This document shows, one piece after another, positions 61,801 to 64,000 of a stretch of DNA of 64,000 nt. Position 1 is the first letter of the stretch, and each line of letters opens with the position of its first letter. A program made the position numbers and the translations under genes. Source of the stretch: Elephas maximus (taxonomy: Eukaryota); the NCBI RefSeq assembly GCF_024166365.1, contig NC_064841.1, positions 46,503,680-46,567,679 of the forward strand, written 5' to 3'. Under the pieces are notes generated by a model. The model did no database searches. It saw only the letters and a list, made by a program, of their open reading frames with translations, and was not told the DNA's origin.

Positions 61801-64000
61801 ATAACCAAATCAATACCATTCACAGTAGCCCCCAAGAAGATAAGATCCTTAGGAATAAATCTTACCAAGGATGTAAAAGACCTATACAAAGAAAACTACA
61901 AAGCTCTACTACAAGAAATTCAAAAGGATATGCTTAAGTGGAAAAACATACCCTGCTCATGGATAGGAAGACTTAACATAGTAAAAATGTCTATTCTACC
62001 AAAAGCTATCTATACATTTAACCCACTTCCGATCCAAATTCCAATGTCATATTTTAAGGGGATAGAGAAACAAATCACCAATTTCATATAGAAGGGAAAG
62101 AAGCCCCGGATAAGCAAAGCACTACTGAAAAAGAAGAAGAAAGTGGGAGGCCTCACCTTACCTGACTTCAGAACCTATTATACAGCCACAGTAGTCAAAA
62201 CAGCCTGGTATTGGTACAACAACAGGCACACAGACCAATGGAACAGAATTGAGAACCCAGACATAGATCCATCCACGTATGAGCAGCTGATATTTGACAA
62301 AGGACCAGTGTCAATTAACTGGGGAAAAGATAGCCTTTTTAACAAATGGTGCTGGCATAACTGGATATCCATTTGCAAAAAAATGAAACAGGACCCATAC
62401 CTCACACCATGCACAAAAACTAACTCCAAGTGGACCAAAGACCTAAACATAAAGACTAAAACGATAAAGATCATGGAAGAAAAAATAGGGACAACCCTAG
62501 GAGCCCTAATACAAGGTATAAACAGAATACAAAACATTACCAAAAATGATGAAGAGAAGCCCGATAACTGGGAGCTCCTAAAAATCAAACACCTATGCTC
62601 ATCTAAAGACTTCTCCAAAAGAGTAAAAAGACCACCTACAGATTGGGAAAGAATTTTCAGCTATGACATCTCCGACCAGCGCCTGATCTCTAAAATCTAC
62701 ATGGTTCTGTCAAAACTCAACCACAAAAAGACAAACAACCCAATCAAGAAGTGGGCAAAGGATATGAACACACATTTCACTAAAGAAGATATTCAGGCAG
62801 CCAACAGATACATGAGAAAATGCTCTCGATCATTAGCCATTAGAGAAATGCAAATTAAAACTATGATGAGATTCCATCTCACACCAGCAAGGCTGGCATT
62901 AATCCAAAAAACACAAAATAATAAATGTTGGAGAGGCTGCGGAGAGATTGGAACTCTCATACACTGCTGGTGGGAATGTAAAATGGTACAACCACTTTGG
63001 AAATCTATCTGGCGTTATCTTAAACAGTTAGATATAGAACTACCATACAACCCAGAAATCCCACTCCTAGGAATATACCCTAGAGATACAAGAGCCTTCA
63101 TACAAACAGATATATGCACACCCATGTTTATTGCAGCTCTGTTTACAATAGCAAAAAGCTGGAAGCAACCAAGGTGTCCATCAACAGATGAATGGGTAAA
63201 TAAATTGTGGTATATTCACACAATGGAATACTACGCATCGATAAAGAACAGTGACGAATCTGTGAAACATTTCATAACATGGAGGAACCTGGAAGGCATT
63301 ATGCTGAGCGAAATGAGTCAGAGGCAAAAGGACAAATATTGTATAAGACCACTATTATAAGATCTTGAGAAATAGTAAACCTGAGAAGAACACATACTTT
63401 TGTGATTACGAGGGGGGGAGGGAGGGAGGGTGGGAGAGGGTTTTTTATTGATTAATCAGTAGATAAGAACTGCTTTAGGTGAAGGGAAAGACAACACTCA
63501 ATACATGGAAGGTCAGCTCAATTGGACTGGACCAAAAGCAAAGTTTCCGGGATAAAATGAATGCTTCAAAGGTCAGCGGAGCAAGCGCGGGGGTCTGGGG
63601 AACATGGTTTGAGGGGACTACTAAGTCAATTGGCAAAATAATTCTATTATGAAAACATTCTGCATCCCACTTTGAAATGTGGCGTCTGGGGTCTTAAATG
63701 CTAACAAGTGGCCATCTAAGATACATCAATTGGTCTCAACCCACCTGGAGCAAAGGAAAATGAAGAACACCAAGGCCACACGACAACTAAGAGCCTAAGA
63801 GACAGAAAGGGCCACATGAACCAGAGACCTACATCATCCTGAGACCAGAAGAACTAGTTGGTGCCCGGCCACAATCAATGACTGCCCTGACAGGGAGCAC
63901 AGCAGAGGACCCCTGAGGGAGCAGGAGATCAGTGGGATGCAGACCCCAAATTCTCATAAAAAGACCAAACTTAATGGTCTGACTGAGACTGGAGGAATCC
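58802..64000 (+). mobile_element. L1 copy F: 5'-truncated (begins in ORF1 at the position equivalent to 53215 of E), ~96-98% identical to E; ORF2 broken by at least two lesions; runs into its 3' UTR at the window end
   Basis: ORF1 C-terminus 58802-59088 is identical in protein to E's. ORF2 is split into 59546-60334, 60292-62091 and 62143-63360, with a 9-bp to 5-bp change at ~60325 and TGG to TAG at ~62090. The 3' UTR is colinear with 57787-58430 of E. Confidence 0.9.
59546..63360 (+). pseudogene. L1 F ORF2, frameshifted and stop-containing
   Basis: See the L1 F entry. Otherwise colinear with E ORF2. Confidence 0.85.

Overview
This 64-kb window is AT-rich mammalian nuclear DNA and looks afrotherian, probably elephant-like. 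That call is an inference from two things seen in the sequence: abundant AfroSINE-type tRNA-derived SINEs whose 3' tails match co-resident RTE1/BovB-like LINEs, and L1 copies with afrotherian-style 5' UTRs. I could not support any host protein-coding gene, rRNA, functional tRNA or prokaryote-style system (operon, CRISPR, defence island). Roughly three quarters of the window is interspersed repeat, arranged in four blocks. (1) 8.5-18.4 kb: an old L1 (A) with a CT-rich tandem-monomer 5' UTR, carrying a nested full-length L1 (B). (2) 18.4-27.5 kb: RTE1 fragments, another L1 (C) and MaLR-like solo LTRs. (3) 28.4-47.7 kb: two adjacent, diverged gammaretrovirus-like ERV proviruses in the same orientation. 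ERV-1 has gag-pro-pol and has lost env; ERV-2 has gag-pro-pol and env remnants. Both are riddled with AfroSINE, RTE1 and solo-LTR insertions. (4) 47.7-64 kb: a second old monomer-type L1 (D) followed directly by a young, near-intact L1 (E), whose ORF2 is intact at 1271 aa and whose ORF1 has a single frameshift. E has CpG-rich tandem promoter monomers and a 21-nt poly(A), and a ~96-98% identical 5'-truncated copy (F) abuts that poly(A). Other notable structures are a 254-bp near-perfect inverted repeat with a 506-bp spacer at 2.26-3.27 kb, and a ~500-bp solo-LTR family (TG...CA termini, 5-bp TSDs) present in six copies that has inserted into every other TE class here. The 'undescribed system' hypothesis is not supported. 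The most interesting biology is L1 5' UTR turnover and nesting, and the potentially active L1.
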